From Actinomycetota bacterium (GTDB lineage: Bacteria; Actinomycetota; Acidimicrobiia; Spongiisociales; UBA4744), in contig JAADGS010000045.1 of the NCBI GenBank assembly GCA_013152275.1, positions 62,001-97,181 of the forward strand: 35,181 bases of DNA, written 5' to 3'. Under the pieces are notes generated by a model. It was not told where the DNA came from, searched no databases, and saw nothing but the letters and a program-made list of their open reading frames with translations. The translations under genes and the position numbers were made by a program. Below, one piece after another: positions 21,066-29,861 of the stretch (position 1 is its first letter; every line of letters begins with the position of its first letter).

Positions 21066-21114
21066 TACCGCTGCGTGGCTCGGAGTCTGGACCGGTTCTC
21101 CGCCGACGACCCGG

Positions 21115-21196
21115 TCCGCCCTCGGCCAGAGCCCCGAAGAGACCTCCCGGAACCCCCTCCGTCCTCGGCCAGGACCTCGAGGACACCTCCCGCAAC
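21115..21196. repeat. Imperfect tandem direct repeat, 2 x 39 nt, period 43
   Basis: 21115-21153 and 21158-21196 match at 32 of 39 positions without gaps (hand count). Confidence 0.75.
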
Positions 21197-21280
21197 GCTC
21201 GCCGGGGCCGGCGTCGGGCGGAACGGGGAGTGCGGAGAAGTCGCGAACGTTTCCCGCCCAGGCACTAGGGTTGCCCCGCC

Positions 21281-21913
21281 ATGGAGCATCTCGTGATAGC
21301 CATCGACGGACCGGGCGGATCCGGCAAGACGACGGTAAGTCGAGCGCTCGCAAATGCTCTCGGCGTAGCACATCTGGATACCGGTGCGTTCTATCGGGCA
21401 GTCACCTTGGCGGCGCTTCGGGCCGGAATCACCACAGGGCCGGACCTGGCGGCTCTCGCAGAGCGCATCGATCTGCGCTACGAGGACGGGCACATGTATC
21501 TCGATGGGGAAGATGTGTGCGAGGAGATCCGTTCGCCTCCCGTCGATGTCTTCGTGTCCGCGGTCAGTGCCGAGCCCGGCGTGCGCAGAGCAATGGTGGA
21601 ACGTCAACGGCGTTGGGTCGAGCGTCATGGTGGTCGGGCCGTCGTCGAGGGCCGGGACATCGGCACGGTGGTCTTCCCGGACGCGGAACTCAAGATCTTT
21701 CTCGTTGCACGCCCGGAGGTGAGGGCTGCACGGCGCGCGAGCGAACTCGAAGCCCCCGGGGTGGAGAACGTACAGGTGGAGCTCGCGCGGCGTGATCAGC
21801 TGGACTCCTCTCGTGCCGTGTCGCCCCTGTGCGCGGCGGAAGATGCGATCAGGCTCGACACTTCGGACCTGAGTGTGGTCGATGTCGTCGGACACATCCT
21901 GACTCTGCTCTGA
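21281..21913 (+). CDS. cmk: Cytidylate kinase
   Basis: IAIDGPGGSGKTT, LDTGAFYR, EGRDIGTVVFPDA, DSSRAVSPL. Confidence 0.95.
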   Translation: MEHLVIAIDGPGGSGKTTVSRALANALGVAHLDTGAFYRAVTLAALRAGITTGPDLAALAERIDLRYEDGHMYLDGEDVCEEIRSPPVDVFVSAVSAEPGVRRAMVERQRRWVERHGGRAVVEGRDIGTVVFPDAELKIFLVARPEVRAARRASELEAPGVENVQVELARRDQLDSSRAVSPLCAAEDAIRLDTSDLSVVDVVGHILTLL

Positions 21914-21926
21914 GAAGGCTCCTGCT

Positions 21927-22973
21927 TCAGGTGTTCAGCGCGCCAAGCGCTTCCGTCGCCGTCCAGGTCCGATCCTCTTGGAGTGGTCCGGGCTCGCCCG
22001 GACTGCGGGCGCAGAACCCCCCTTCGACCGCGAACTGCAGCGCGGTCAGGAACCCTCTCAGCTGGCGCGGAAGCGGAAAGTACTCATCTTCATCGGTGAC
22101 ACGTGCCAACACGTGTCCGTTGCGTGGTGCAATCCGGTCGATCACCTCACGAACGAGGTGATCGGGCGCCGAAGCGCCGGCCGTGACCCCAACGACGTCG
22201 ATCCCCTCCAACCAGCGATCCTCGATCTGGCCGGCCGAGTCCACCCTGTACGCGGGCGTTCCCGCGCGCCGGGCGACTCTCACCAGGGCCCTCGTGTTCG
22301 ACGAGGTCTCAGATCCGACGACGAGAATGAGGTCCGCCCGCTTCGCGAGGTCTTTGACGGCCTCCTGCCGGTTCGTGGTGGCATAACAGAGGTCACTTCG
22401 CCGGGCGGTGCGAAGTCCGGAGAATCGATTGGACGCTGCTTCGAGGACGGCTTCCCATTCGTGTAGTCCCAGGGTGGTCTGTGCGAGAAGCGCCACACGA
22501 GACTCGTCACCCGGCTCGAAGGTACCGAGTCCGCCGTCCGGTTCGATGAGCGTGATGGCGTCTGGTGCCTCCGCGACGGTGCCGATGGCTTCATCATGTC
22601 CTTCATGGCCTACATAGATGATGTCGAACCCTCGTTCGGCCATGCGCCTGACCTCATGATGCACCTTGGTGACCAGCGGGCAGACGGCGTCGATGACGAC
22701 ACCCGCCCACGTCTGAGCGGCCAGCACGACTTCCGGGGACGATCCGTGGGCGGACAGCATGAGTGGAGCACCCTGAGGCACCTGGGCGATATCGTCGACG
22801 AAGACCACGCCGACTTCTTCGAACGCACCGACGACCCACTCGTTGTGCACGATTTCGTGGTAGCAGTAAACGGGAGGATCGAAGACGCGAATCATCCATG
22901 TGAGCGCTTTGATGGCCATCTCCACACCGGCACAGAAACCGCGTGGCTCGGCGAGGAGTACCTGATCGACCAT
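21927..22973 (-). CDS. ispH: 4-hydroxy-3-methylbut-2-enyl diphosphate reductase
   Basis: PRGFCAGV, HEIVHN, SAHG, DAVCPLVTKVH, HDE, QTT, CYATTNRQ, SSN, TAGASAP. Confidence 0.95.
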   Translation of the reverse strand: MVDQVLLAEPRGFCAGVEMAIKALTWMIRVFDPPVYCYHEIVHNEWVVGAFEEVGVVFVDDIAQVPQGAPLMLSAHGSSPEVVLAAQTWAGVVIDAVCPLVTKVHHEVRRMAERGFDIIYVGHEGHDEAIGTVAEAPDAITLIEPDGGLGTFEPGDESRVALLAQTTLGLHEWEAVLEAASNRFSGLRTARRSDLCYATTNRQEAVKDLAKRADLILVVGSETSSNTRALVRVARRAGTPAYRVDSAGQIEDRWLEGIDVVGVTAGASAPDHLVREVIDRIAPRNGHVLARVTDEDEYFPLPRQLRGFLTALQFAVEGGFCARSPGEPGPLQEDRTWTATEALGALNT

Positions 22974-22979
22974 GGCGCG

Positions 22980-22985
22980 ATGGTA
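22980..22985 (-). promoter_or_regulatory. -10 hexamer for a probably leaderless ispH transcript
   Basis: TACCAT on the minus strand 6 nt before the ATG; no SD. Confidence 0.5.
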
Positions 22986-23041
22986 ACGATGTGCTTGGAG
23001 AACCGGCACCCTGCCTATCCTTGCCGGACCAAGGAGGGCCA

Positions 23042-24358
23042 GTGAGCCGCATGCCCGTGGTCGCCGTCGTAGGGCGTCCAAACGTCGGAAAGTCCAGCAT
23101 CGTCAACCGGATCCTCGGTCGGCGGATGGCCGTCGTGCAAGAAGACCCCGGCGTCACCAGGGATCGCAGAGAGTTTCGAGCCGAATGGGTCGGACGGGAG
23201 TTCCTGCTGGTCGATACCGGCGGATGGGAGCTCAATCCCAGTGAGGAACTCGTCGCCGCGATCTCCGCCCAGGCCGAGGCGGCGCTCGGAGCTGCCGATG
23301 TCGTCTTGCTCGTTCTCGACGCGACTGCAGGAATCACCGCCGATGATGCTCAGGTGGCGTCGCTCTTGCGTGGCGCCCCCAACGAGGTGATCGTGGTCGC
23401 CAACAAGGTCGATGGACCCCGCCAGGATGTCGACACGGCAGACTTGTGGCAGCTCGGACTCGGCGAACCGATGCCGATCAGCGCCCTTCACGGTCGTGGG
23501 ATAGGGGATCTTCTGGATCGCGTCGTAGCCGCCTTTCCCGAAGATGTCGGCAAGACGCACGAAGACCTGCAGACTCTGGCGATCATCGGACGCCCGAACG
23601 TTGGCAAGTCGACATTGCTGAACCGTCTCGTCGGAGAGGAACGAGTCCTCGTGTCTCCCGTGCCGGGAACCACTCGGGATCCGATCGACGCGATAGTCGA
23701 GCTGGGGGAGCGGCGTTTCAAGGTGGTGGATACCGCCGGCATCCGGCGTACCCCCAAGGTGAAGGATCCCGCCGATTTCTATTCCGTCTTGCGCGCCAAA
23801 GGAGCGCTTGAGGAAGCGGATGTCGCCCTTCTGCTCATCGACACGGTCGAAGGTGTTGCGCAGCAGGACCAACGGATCGCTCAGGCTGCGGCCGAATCAG
23901 GCGCGGGTCTGATCGTTCTGCTGAACAAGTGGGATGCGGCCGACCTCGAACAACGCGAAACCGTCACGCGTGATGTTGCCGACCGTCTCCAGTTCGTGGG
24001 ATGGGCTCCTCTCTTGCGAGTGTCCGCGCTCACCGGAGCGCGCCTACATCGACTCGCTCCAGCCGTTGATCGAGTACTCGAGTCCAGAGAGTTCCGGATT
24101 CCGACAGGGACGCTGAACCGGCTCATCAGGCAATGGCAGGCGAGTCATCCACCTCCGGTAAGGAAGGGGCGCCGCCCTCGAATCCTCTACGCGGTCCAGG
24201 CAGGGACCTCTCCTCCGACCATCATCCTCTTCGTGTCGGGAAACGAACCCGGTGTCGACTACCTGCGCTATCTCGAGAATCGCCTCCGCGCAGAGTTCGG
24301 GTTCGAAGGAACCCCGATCAAGATCTTCGCGAGGCGCCGCAAAGGTCGATCAGGGTAG
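23042..24358 (+). CDS. der: Ribosome biogenesis GTPase Der (EngA)
   Basis: Two G domains (GRPNVGKS twice, DTGG/DTAG, NKVD/NKWD) and a KH-like tail; start GTG 23042 or ATG 23051 after AAGGAGG. Confidence 0.96.
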   Translation: MSRMPVVAVVGRPNVGKSSIVNRILGRRMAVVQEDPGVTRDRREFRAEWVGREFLLVDTGGWELNPSEELVAAISAQAEAALGAADVVLLVLDATAGITADDAQVASLLRGAPNEVIVVANKVDGPRQDVDTADLWQLGLGEPMPISALHGRGIGDLLDRVVAAFPEDVGKTHEDLQTLAIIGRPNVGKSTLLNRLVGEERVLVSPVPGTTRDPIDAIVELGERRFKVVDTAGIRRTPKVKDPADFYSVLRAKGALEEADVALLLIDTVEGVAQQDQRIAQAAAESGAGLIVLLNKWDAADLEQRETVTRDVADRLQFVGWAPLLRVSALTGARLHRLAPAVDRVLESREFRIPTGTLNRLIRQWQASHPPPVRKGRRPRILYAVQAGTSPPTIILFVSGNEPGVDYLRYLENRLRAEFGFEGTPIKIFARRRKGRSG

Positions 24359-24386
24359 GATGCGGCGGACACGAGAAAGGACACCG

Positions 24387-25751
24387 ATGCGTTCCGTTTA
24401 CGCGATTTCAGGCGGTGTATCCAAGTTTGCCAAGGCACGTCCGGACAAGACGTTCCAGGCGGTGATCAAGGAAGCCTACGACGAGGCCATCAGCGACCTC
24501 GGGCTCGACTTCCGGACCTTCACCGGTGTGGCGGATGGATCAGTCGCCTCCTACTTCTCCGACCACTTCTCCCGTCAACTCATGGCGGGCATCATGGCGC
24601 AGGATTATCTGGGCCTGCTTCCCAAGCCCAGTCACAGGGTCGAAGGCGGCGGGGCGACAGGAGGACTCTGCTTCCAGGAAGCATGGAAGTCGGTTGCCTC
24701 GGGCGACATGGACGTCTGCGTCGCCTACGGCTTCGAGACGATGAGCCACGTCGAGACGTGGAAGGGAAACGAGTTCATTGCACTCGCCTCCGATGTCTCG
24801 TGGGACTATCCGGTGGGGGGATTTTACTCCGGCTACTACGCCATGATGGTGTCGCGCCACATGAAGGAGTTCGGCACCACTCCGGAGCAGATGGCTGCCG
24901 TGTCGGTCAAGAACCATCGCAACGCCTACTTCAATCCTTACGCCCAGAAGCGGAACAGGTACACGATCGAAGACGTGCGCAATGCTCCGATGGTTGCCTG
25001 GCCGCTCACGCGCCTCGACATCTGCGTGATGTCCGACGGCGCGGCGGTGACGATCCTCGCCTCGGAAGAGGGACTGGCAAGGATCGAGCAGGCGGGGGGC
25101 CGGGTGCGACGCCCTCTCGTCAAGGTCGCAGGGATCGGCCGCGGTACCGACGCGATGCGGATGTCGGATCGGCCACATGTCGGCTACGACACGTTCATGC
25201 GCGAATACGCGACCGAACAGGAGAAGAGTTCTGACGAAACGCTCTCGTATTACAAGGAACTGTGGGATCACGGGACACGTTATCCGGGAGTGCACTCGTT
25301 CAGGGCCGGTCGGAGCGCCGGCAACATGGCGTACAAGCGAGCAGGCATCGTCAACCCGCTCGAAGATCTGGACTTCGTCGAGTTGCACGACGCGTATACG
25401 TCCTCGGAGATACAGACCTATGAAGACCTTGGCCTCTGCCGATATGGAGAGGGGGGCCCGTTCGCCGCATCCGGAAAGGCGTTCCTCCCGGGAATCGACT
25501 ACGGCCTGGACCTGCCCGACGATCCGGTACTACCTGTCAACCCCTCCGGAGGCCTGATCGCCTGCGGGCATCCGGTCGGCGCGACGGGGCTCATGCAGGC
25601 GGTCTTCTCCATGTGGCAACTCCAAGGCACGATCAACGAACATTTCGGCGATGCGACCCTCCAGGTGCAGGATGCCAGGAGGGGAGCAATCCATTCGCAC
25701 GCCGGGACGGGTACCTACGTGACGGTGAGCATTCTCGAAAGGGAGGACTGA
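24387..25751 (+). CDS. Thiolase-superfamily protein (archaeal/SCP2-thiolase type) lacking the nucleophilic Cys
   Basis: RVEGGGATGG at the usual RVE..CASGG site; VKNH.NA..NPYAQ, SDGAA, ELHDAY, VNPSGGL...GHPVGATG; SD GAAAGGA. Confidence 0.88.
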   Translation: MRSVYAISGGVSKFAKARPDKTFQAVIKEAYDEAISDLGLDFRTFTGVADGSVASYFSDHFSRQLMAGIMAQDYLGLLPKPSHRVEGGGATGGLCFQEAWKSVASGDMDVCVAYGFETMSHVETWKGNEFIALASDVSWDYPVGGFYSGYYAMMVSRHMKEFGTTPEQMAAVSVKNHRNAYFNPYAQKRNRYTIEDVRNAPMVAWPLTRLDICVMSDGAAVTILASEEGLARIEQAGGRVRRPLVKVAGIGRGTDAMRMSDRPHVGYDTFMREYATEQEKSSDETLSYYKELWDHGTRYPGVHSFRAGRSAGNMAYKRAGIVNPLEDLDFVELHDAYTSSEIQTYEDLGLCRYGEGGPFAASGKAFLPGIDYGLDLPDDPVLPVNPSGGLIACGHPVGATGLMQAVFSMWQLQGTINEHFGDATLQVQDARRGAIHSHAGTGTYVTVSILERED

Positions 25752-25752
25752 C

Positions 25753-26298
25753 ATGGCAAAACTGCCCGAACGCCGCCCGGAGACCCTCGGTGGGTACATC
25801 GTTCACGGAATCCCCTTCCCCGTCCAGACCGATGCGGACGCCCTGGCGTTCCTCAAGAAGATGGCACCCATCCAGATCGAGCAGGGGTACTCGATCACCT
25901 ATCTGCACTCCTACGGCCAGGACAGCCCCTGGTTTGCCGGAGCGACGAACAAAAAGCTGCTCGCAAGCCGTGATCCGGAGACCGGCTACACGTATGCGAC
26001 GCCGCGGGGCCACGATATGTACACGGGCGAAGAAACCGAGTGGGTGGATATCACGGATCGGAAGGCCTCGGTGCATGCCGTCACGGTCTGCTACTTCGGA
26101 TCCGAAGAGTTCCTTCCCGAGACTCCGTACGTGCTCGCGTTGATCCAATACGAGGGTGTGGACACGCTGTTCCTCACGAGGCTGATGGGTGTCGATCCCG
26201 ACGCAGTCTCACTCGATTGGATCGACATGGAAGTGAAGCCCCGCTTCCTGCGCAACTCGAAACTCAAGCCGACGGACGTCTATTTCGTCCCGGCCTGA
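25753..26298 (+). CDS. DUF35-type zinc-ribbon/OB-fold partner protein, ribbon cysteines absent
   Basis: F.G..NKKLLASRDPETGYTYATPRGHDMYTG...EWV, then OB-fold T...PYVLALI...G; starts just after the thiolase stop; SD GGAGG. Confidence 0.82.
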   Translation: MAKLPERRPETLGGYIVHGIPFPVQTDADALAFLKKMAPIQIEQGYSITYLHSYGQDSPWFAGATNKKLLASRDPETGYTYATPRGHDMYTGEETEWVDITDRKASVHAVTVCYFGSEEFLPETPYVLALIQYEGVDTLFLTRLMGVDPDAVSLDWIDMEVKPRFLRNSKLKPTDVYFVPA

Positions 26299-26308
26299 GA
26301 CAGCCGAT

Positions 26309-26336
26309 GCCGGGGAGGACACTCGCCCTCCCCGGC
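26309..26336 (+). terminator. Stem-loop after the thiolase-DUF35 pair
   Basis: GCCGGGGAGG / CCTCCCCGGC perfect 10-bp stem, 10 nt after the stop. Confidence 0.55.
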
Positions 26337-26438
26337 CGTTCGGGCTGCAAACCATCACCGCCAGGATCACGGTGCATCCACCTGCCGGATCATCCAGGGG
26401 ACGGTCTCGCCGGTGCATGAGGTCACCCTGCAGGCAGG

Positions 26439-26444
26439 TATGAT
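26439..26444 (+). promoter_or_regulatory. -10 hexamer for tRNA-Pro
   Basis: TATGAT 9 nt upstream of the mature 5' end. Confidence 0.6.
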
Positions 26445-26453
26445 GCAGGTCCT

Positions 26454-26531
26454 CGGGCTGTGGCGCAGCTTGGTTAGCGCGCTTGACTGGGGGTCAAGAG
26501 GTCGCCGGTTCAAATCCGGCCAGCCCGACCA
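26454..26531 (+). tRNA. tRNA-Pro (anticodon GGG), CCA encoded
   Basis: Acceptor stem CGGGCTG/CAGCCCG, anticodon arm CTTGA-CTGGGGG-TCAAG, T-loop GGTTCAAATCC, 3' ACCA. Confidence 0.97.
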
Positions 26532-26534
26532 CCG

Positions 26535-26560
26535 GATACCCCTGTAAGAGCAGGGGTATC
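26535..26560 (+). terminator. Stem-loop directly after the tRNA
   Basis: GATACCCCTG / CAGGGGTATC perfect 10-bp stem, 6-nt loop. Confidence 0.65.
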
Positions 26561-26688
26561 TGCACGTTGAAGAACTCGACCGCAAGCGGATGGGCCTCGG
26601 GCGCCCACCTTCGGCGGGCACTATCGGCACGGCGCCGTGTCCAAGACCGCGCGGCTGCCACCGATCGCGCGATTCCTGCCGCGTCAAG

Positions 26689-26743
26689 GTTCACCTCCCG
26701 TTCAACTTCCGGCCATCGTGAGGTCACCACGGACCCCTAACGT
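26689..26743 (+). promoter_or_regulatory. PHO-box array (4 x 11-nt units) plus -10 of pstS
   Basis: GTTCACCTCCC GTTCAACTTCC GGCCATCGTGA GGTCACCACGG in exact 11-nt phase, then TAACGT at 26738-26743. Confidence 0.75.
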
Positions 26744-26811
26744 CCCCCACGACAGATGACACCGGTTACCCCGCGGAACGACGCGGAACACCGCATCGAC
26801 GAGGAGGAAAG

Positions 26812-27924
26812 ATGTCGGACGATCAACCAAGAAGAAGGATGTCGCGCACGATACGCATCGGAGTGTTCGTCGCCGCGATGACGCTCATTGCCGCGGCATG
26901 CTCGAATTCATCGGGATCGGCCGCCGCTCCGGCCCCTGCCGGCGACGGAACCACGAGCGCCGCCCCGGCCCTCGCCGGCACGCTGAACGGCGCCGGCGCC
27001 ACGTTCCCCGCCCCCATCTACCTGGAATGGATCGGTGCATACCAGAAGCAGTTCCCCGACGTTCGTGTCAACTACCAGGCGATCGGCTCCGGTGGCGGGG
27101 TGCAGAACTTCATCCAACAGACCGTCGACTTTGCGGGGACGGATGCCTATCTCACCGATGACGAGCTGGCCCAGGCGTCTCAGAACGGGACCGTCTACCA
27201 CATCCCCACCGTCTTCGGCGCCGTCGTGCCCGCGTACAATCTCTCTGGTGTCGACGGCCTCACACTCGATTGCGACAGTCTGGCCGGCGTCTTCCTGGGT
27301 ACGATCACCCGGTGGAACGACCCGGCGATCGTCGCCCTCAACCCGAAAGCAACCCTGCCCGACGAGGACATCCAGATCGTCCACCGCTCCGACGGATCGG
27401 GGACGACCAACGCCTTCACGCTCTACCTCGACACCTGCAACACGCAGTGGCATGACACCGTCGGGTACGGCAAGGACGTCGAATGGCCCGTCGGTGTGGG
27501 CGGCAAGGGCAACGACGGCGTCGCCGCGGCAATCTCCAACACCGAGGGATCACTCGGCTACGTCGAACTGGCCTACGCCACCCAGACCGGCCTCCAGATC
27601 ACCTCGATGGTGAACAAGTCGGGCAATGTCATCGAGCCGAGCCTCGAATCAACCGCCGCAGCCGCCGACGGCGTCGTCTTCCCCGACGACCTGCGATTCA
27701 CCCTGGCCGACACCGCCGCACCCCAAGGCTGGCCCATCGCCACCGCCACATGGATCCTTGCCTACGGCAACATGGCGGAGGACAAGGCGCAGCTCCTGCG
27801 GTCGTGGTTGACCTGGGCACTGACCGAGGGAGATGATGCAGCGCGGGCCCTCGACTACGCCCCGATCCCCGACTCACTGCAGAAGAAAGCCCTCGCCTTC
27901 GTCAACCAGATCGGTGCCGGCTGA
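26812..27924 (+). CDS. pstS: Phosphate ABC transporter substrate-binding lipoprotein
   Basis: Lipobox IAAAC; GAGATFP, YQAIGSGGG, DFAGTD, HRSDGSGTT, GKGNDGV; SD GAGGAGG. Confidence 0.96.
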   Translation: MSDDQPRRRMSRTIRIGVFVAAMTLIAAACSNSSGSAAAPAPAGDGTTSAAPALAGTLNGAGATFPAPIYLEWIGAYQKQFPDVRVNYQAIGSGGGVQNFIQQTVDFAGTDAYLTDDELAQASQNGTVYHIPTVFGAVVPAYNLSGVDGLTLDCDSLAGVFLGTITRWNDPAIVALNPKATLPDEDIQIVHRSDGSGTTNAFTLYLDTCNTQWHDTVGYGKDVEWPVGVGGKGNDGVAAAISNTEGSLGYVELAYATQTGLQITSMVNKSGNVIEPSLESTAAAADGVVFPDDLRFTLADTAAPQGWPIATATWILAYGNMAEDKAQLLRSWLTWALTEGDDAARALDYAPIPDSLQKKALAFVNQIGAG

Positions 27925-27936
27925 CCGAACCGCACA

Positions 27937-27983
27937 GCGTGAACCGGGCCGCACGGACCGTCTCCGAGCGGCCCGGTTCACGC
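27937..27983 (+). other. Long intercistronic hairpin between pstS and pstC
   Basis: GCGTGAACCGGGCCGC / GCGGCCCGGTTCACGC perfect 16-bp stem plus 4 inner pairs. Confidence 0.75.
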
Positions 27984-28005
27984 GGCACAGATCACGGAGG
28001 CATCC

Positions 28006-28983
28006 ATGACCAACAGCAGTGGCGAACCCGGCGCACAGGTACGCCGACCGATCGTCGATCGCCCTCGACGTCGAGGCGATCGCGTCTTTCGCCGCGTCGC
28101 CTTGATATCGGCGGCCGTCGTGCTGCTCCTCCTCGCCATCATGATCGTGTCGACCACCATCGCCTCGCTCCCCGTATGGCGATCCCAAGGCTTCATCGGA
28201 TTCCTCCTCGGGATGCGCTGGGTACCGAACAAGGGCATCTTCGGGGCGTTCCCGTTCATCTACGGTACGGTCGTCACCGCGCTCATCGGCGTCCTTGTCG
28301 GTGTGCCCATCAGTGTCCTCATCGCTCTCTACATCTCGGAGGTCGCCACCCCCAAGGTTGCCGGTCCCGTGTCGTACCTCATCGACCTGCTCGCCGCCAT
28401 CCCTTCGGTCGTCTACGCCCTCTGGGGCATCTTCGTTTTCGTCCCCTACGTTGTGAAGCCCGTCTCCGATGCTCTCGCCCGATACCTGGGCTGGACAGGC
28501 ATCTTCGAGGGTCCTGTCTTCGGCCTGTCCTACCTCTCGACCGGACTCGTCCTCTCGATCATGATCGTGCCGATCGTCAGCGCCATCTGCCGGGAGGTCT
28601 TTGCCACCGTCCCTGCGGGGGAGAAGGAGGCGGCCCTGGCTCTGGGTGCAACCCGCTGGGAGATGATCCGCCTCGCTGTCCTGCCGCGTTCCCGTGCCGG
28701 CATCGTCGGTGCCGTGATGCTGGGCCTCGGCCGGGCGCTCGGCGAGACGATCGCCGCCGCGCTGCTCATCGGATCCCAGGTGGGCATCCACCTCTCCGTC
28801 GTCCAACCCGGATACACGATGGCGGCGGTGATCGCCAACCAGTTCCAGGAGGCCGACGCGGCCCAGATCAGCGCTCTTCTCGGTATCGGTGTCGTCCTCT
28901 TCTTCATCACCATCGTCGTCAACGTGCTGGCGCGCATCGTCGTGGCGCGCACCGGAGGCACCCTCGTGTCGGCCGACCTATGA
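28006..28983 (+). CDS. pstC: Phosphate ABC transporter permease PstC
   Basis: DLLAAIPSVVY.LWG, EAALALGATRWE, LGLGRALGET. Confidence 0.95.
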   Translation: MTNSSGEPGAQVRRPIVDRPRRRGDRVFRRVALISAAVVLLLLAIMIVSTTIASLPVWRSQGFIGFLLGMRWVPNKGIFGAFPFIYGTVVTALIGVLVGVPISVLIALYISEVATPKVAGPVSYLIDLLAAIPSVVYALWGIFVFVPYVVKPVSDALARYLGWTGIFEGPVFGLSYLSTGLVLSIMIVPIVSAICREVFATVPAGEKEAALALGATRWEMIRLAVLPRSRAGIVGAVMLGLGRALGETIAAALLIGSQVGIHLSVVQPGYTMAAVIANQFQEADAAQISALLGIGVVLFFITIVVNVLARIVVARTGGTLVSADL

Positions 28984-29861
28984 CCACGGAACCCACTTCG
29001 CTGGGCAGACCGCTCTCGGCGCGTCGACGCCTCACCGACCGTCTGGCACTCACCGCCATGTACGCTGCAGTCGGGGTGTCGCTCATCCCCCTTGCCCTCA
29101 TCGCGTACTTCCTCATCGTGCGCGGCCTCGGGGCGATGAGCTGGGACTTCCTCACCAGCTCCCAGCCCTTCAGTTATGTTCAGCGAGGCGGTGGTGCGCT
29201 CAACGCTCTCGTCGGCACCTCCTACATGGTCGGGCTCGCCTCCGTTCTCGCCGTTCCTCTCGGCATCGCCGCGGCGATCTACCTCAACGAGTACGGCTCC
29301 GGTCGGTTCGCCGCCGTCGTCCGCTTCTTCGCCGATGTCATGACCGGCGTGCCCTCGGTCTTCGTCGGGCTCTTCATCTACACGCTCCTCATCGTTCCCA
29401 CGCCGCTCGGCTTCTCCGCCATCGCCGGCGGGCTGGCCCTCGCCCTCATCATGCTGCCCATCATCATCCGCTCGACCGAGGAGATCCTCCGACTCGTCCC
29501 TCCGAGCCTGCGAGACGCCAGCGCCGCGTTGGGAGCCACGCGCGCACACACGACCATGAAGGTCGTGCTCCCCGCGGCGCGTCGCGGGATCACGACCGGG
29601 GTGATGCTCGCCGTGGCCCGAGCCGCCGGAGAGACCGCACCCCTGATCATGACCGCGCTCGGATCAGTGCAGCTCGCCTTCGGCTGGACGATCCCCATTT
29701 CGGCGCTGCCGCTCTTCATCTACGACGGGGCACGGAACCCGTTCGCGGCGGGACAGGAACGCGCCTTCGCCGCGGCTGCGGAACTGGTCGCCATCGTCCT
29801 CGTCTTCACCGTGGCCGCACGCTGGATCGCCTCTCGCCATGACCGGGAGCTTGGCCGATGA
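28980..29861 (+). CDS. pstA: Phosphate ABC transporter permease PstA
   Basis: [36 protein letters not shown] overlap with pstC. Confidence 0.95.
   Translation: MTTEPTSLGRPLSARRRLTDRLALTAMYAAVGVSLIPLALIAYFLIVRGLGAMSWDFLTSSQPFSYVQRGGGALNALVGTSYMVGLASVLAVPLGIAAAIYLNEYGSGRFAAVVRFFADVMTGVPSVFVGLFIYTLLIVPTPLGFSAIAGGLALALIMLPIIIRSTEEILRLVPPSLRDASAALGATRAHTTMKVVLPAARRGITTGVMLAVARAAGETAPLIMTALGSVQLAFGWTIPISALPLFIYDGARNPFAAGQERAFAAAAELVAIVLVFTVAARWIASRHDRELGR

Noticed and set aside
21115..21196. Tandem repeat as a mini CRISPR array
   Set aside because: Only two degenerate copies 4 nt apart, no spacers, no cas genes
21927..22973. Inverted ispH between cmk and der as a recent insertion
   Set aside because: Intact housekeeping gene with ordinary composition and no flanking repeats; cmk-ispH-der linkage is common in bacteria
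26561..26680. Short palindromes between the tRNA and the PHO boxes (for example CACGGCGCCGTG) as a riboswitch
   Set aside because: They lie upstream of the predicted pstS promoter, match no aptamer I recognise, and are expected at this GC
27939..28979. Apparent 640-aa PstA with a long N-terminal extension
   Set aside because: The extension is an off-frame read of pstC; the real start is ATG 28980 overlapping the pstC stop
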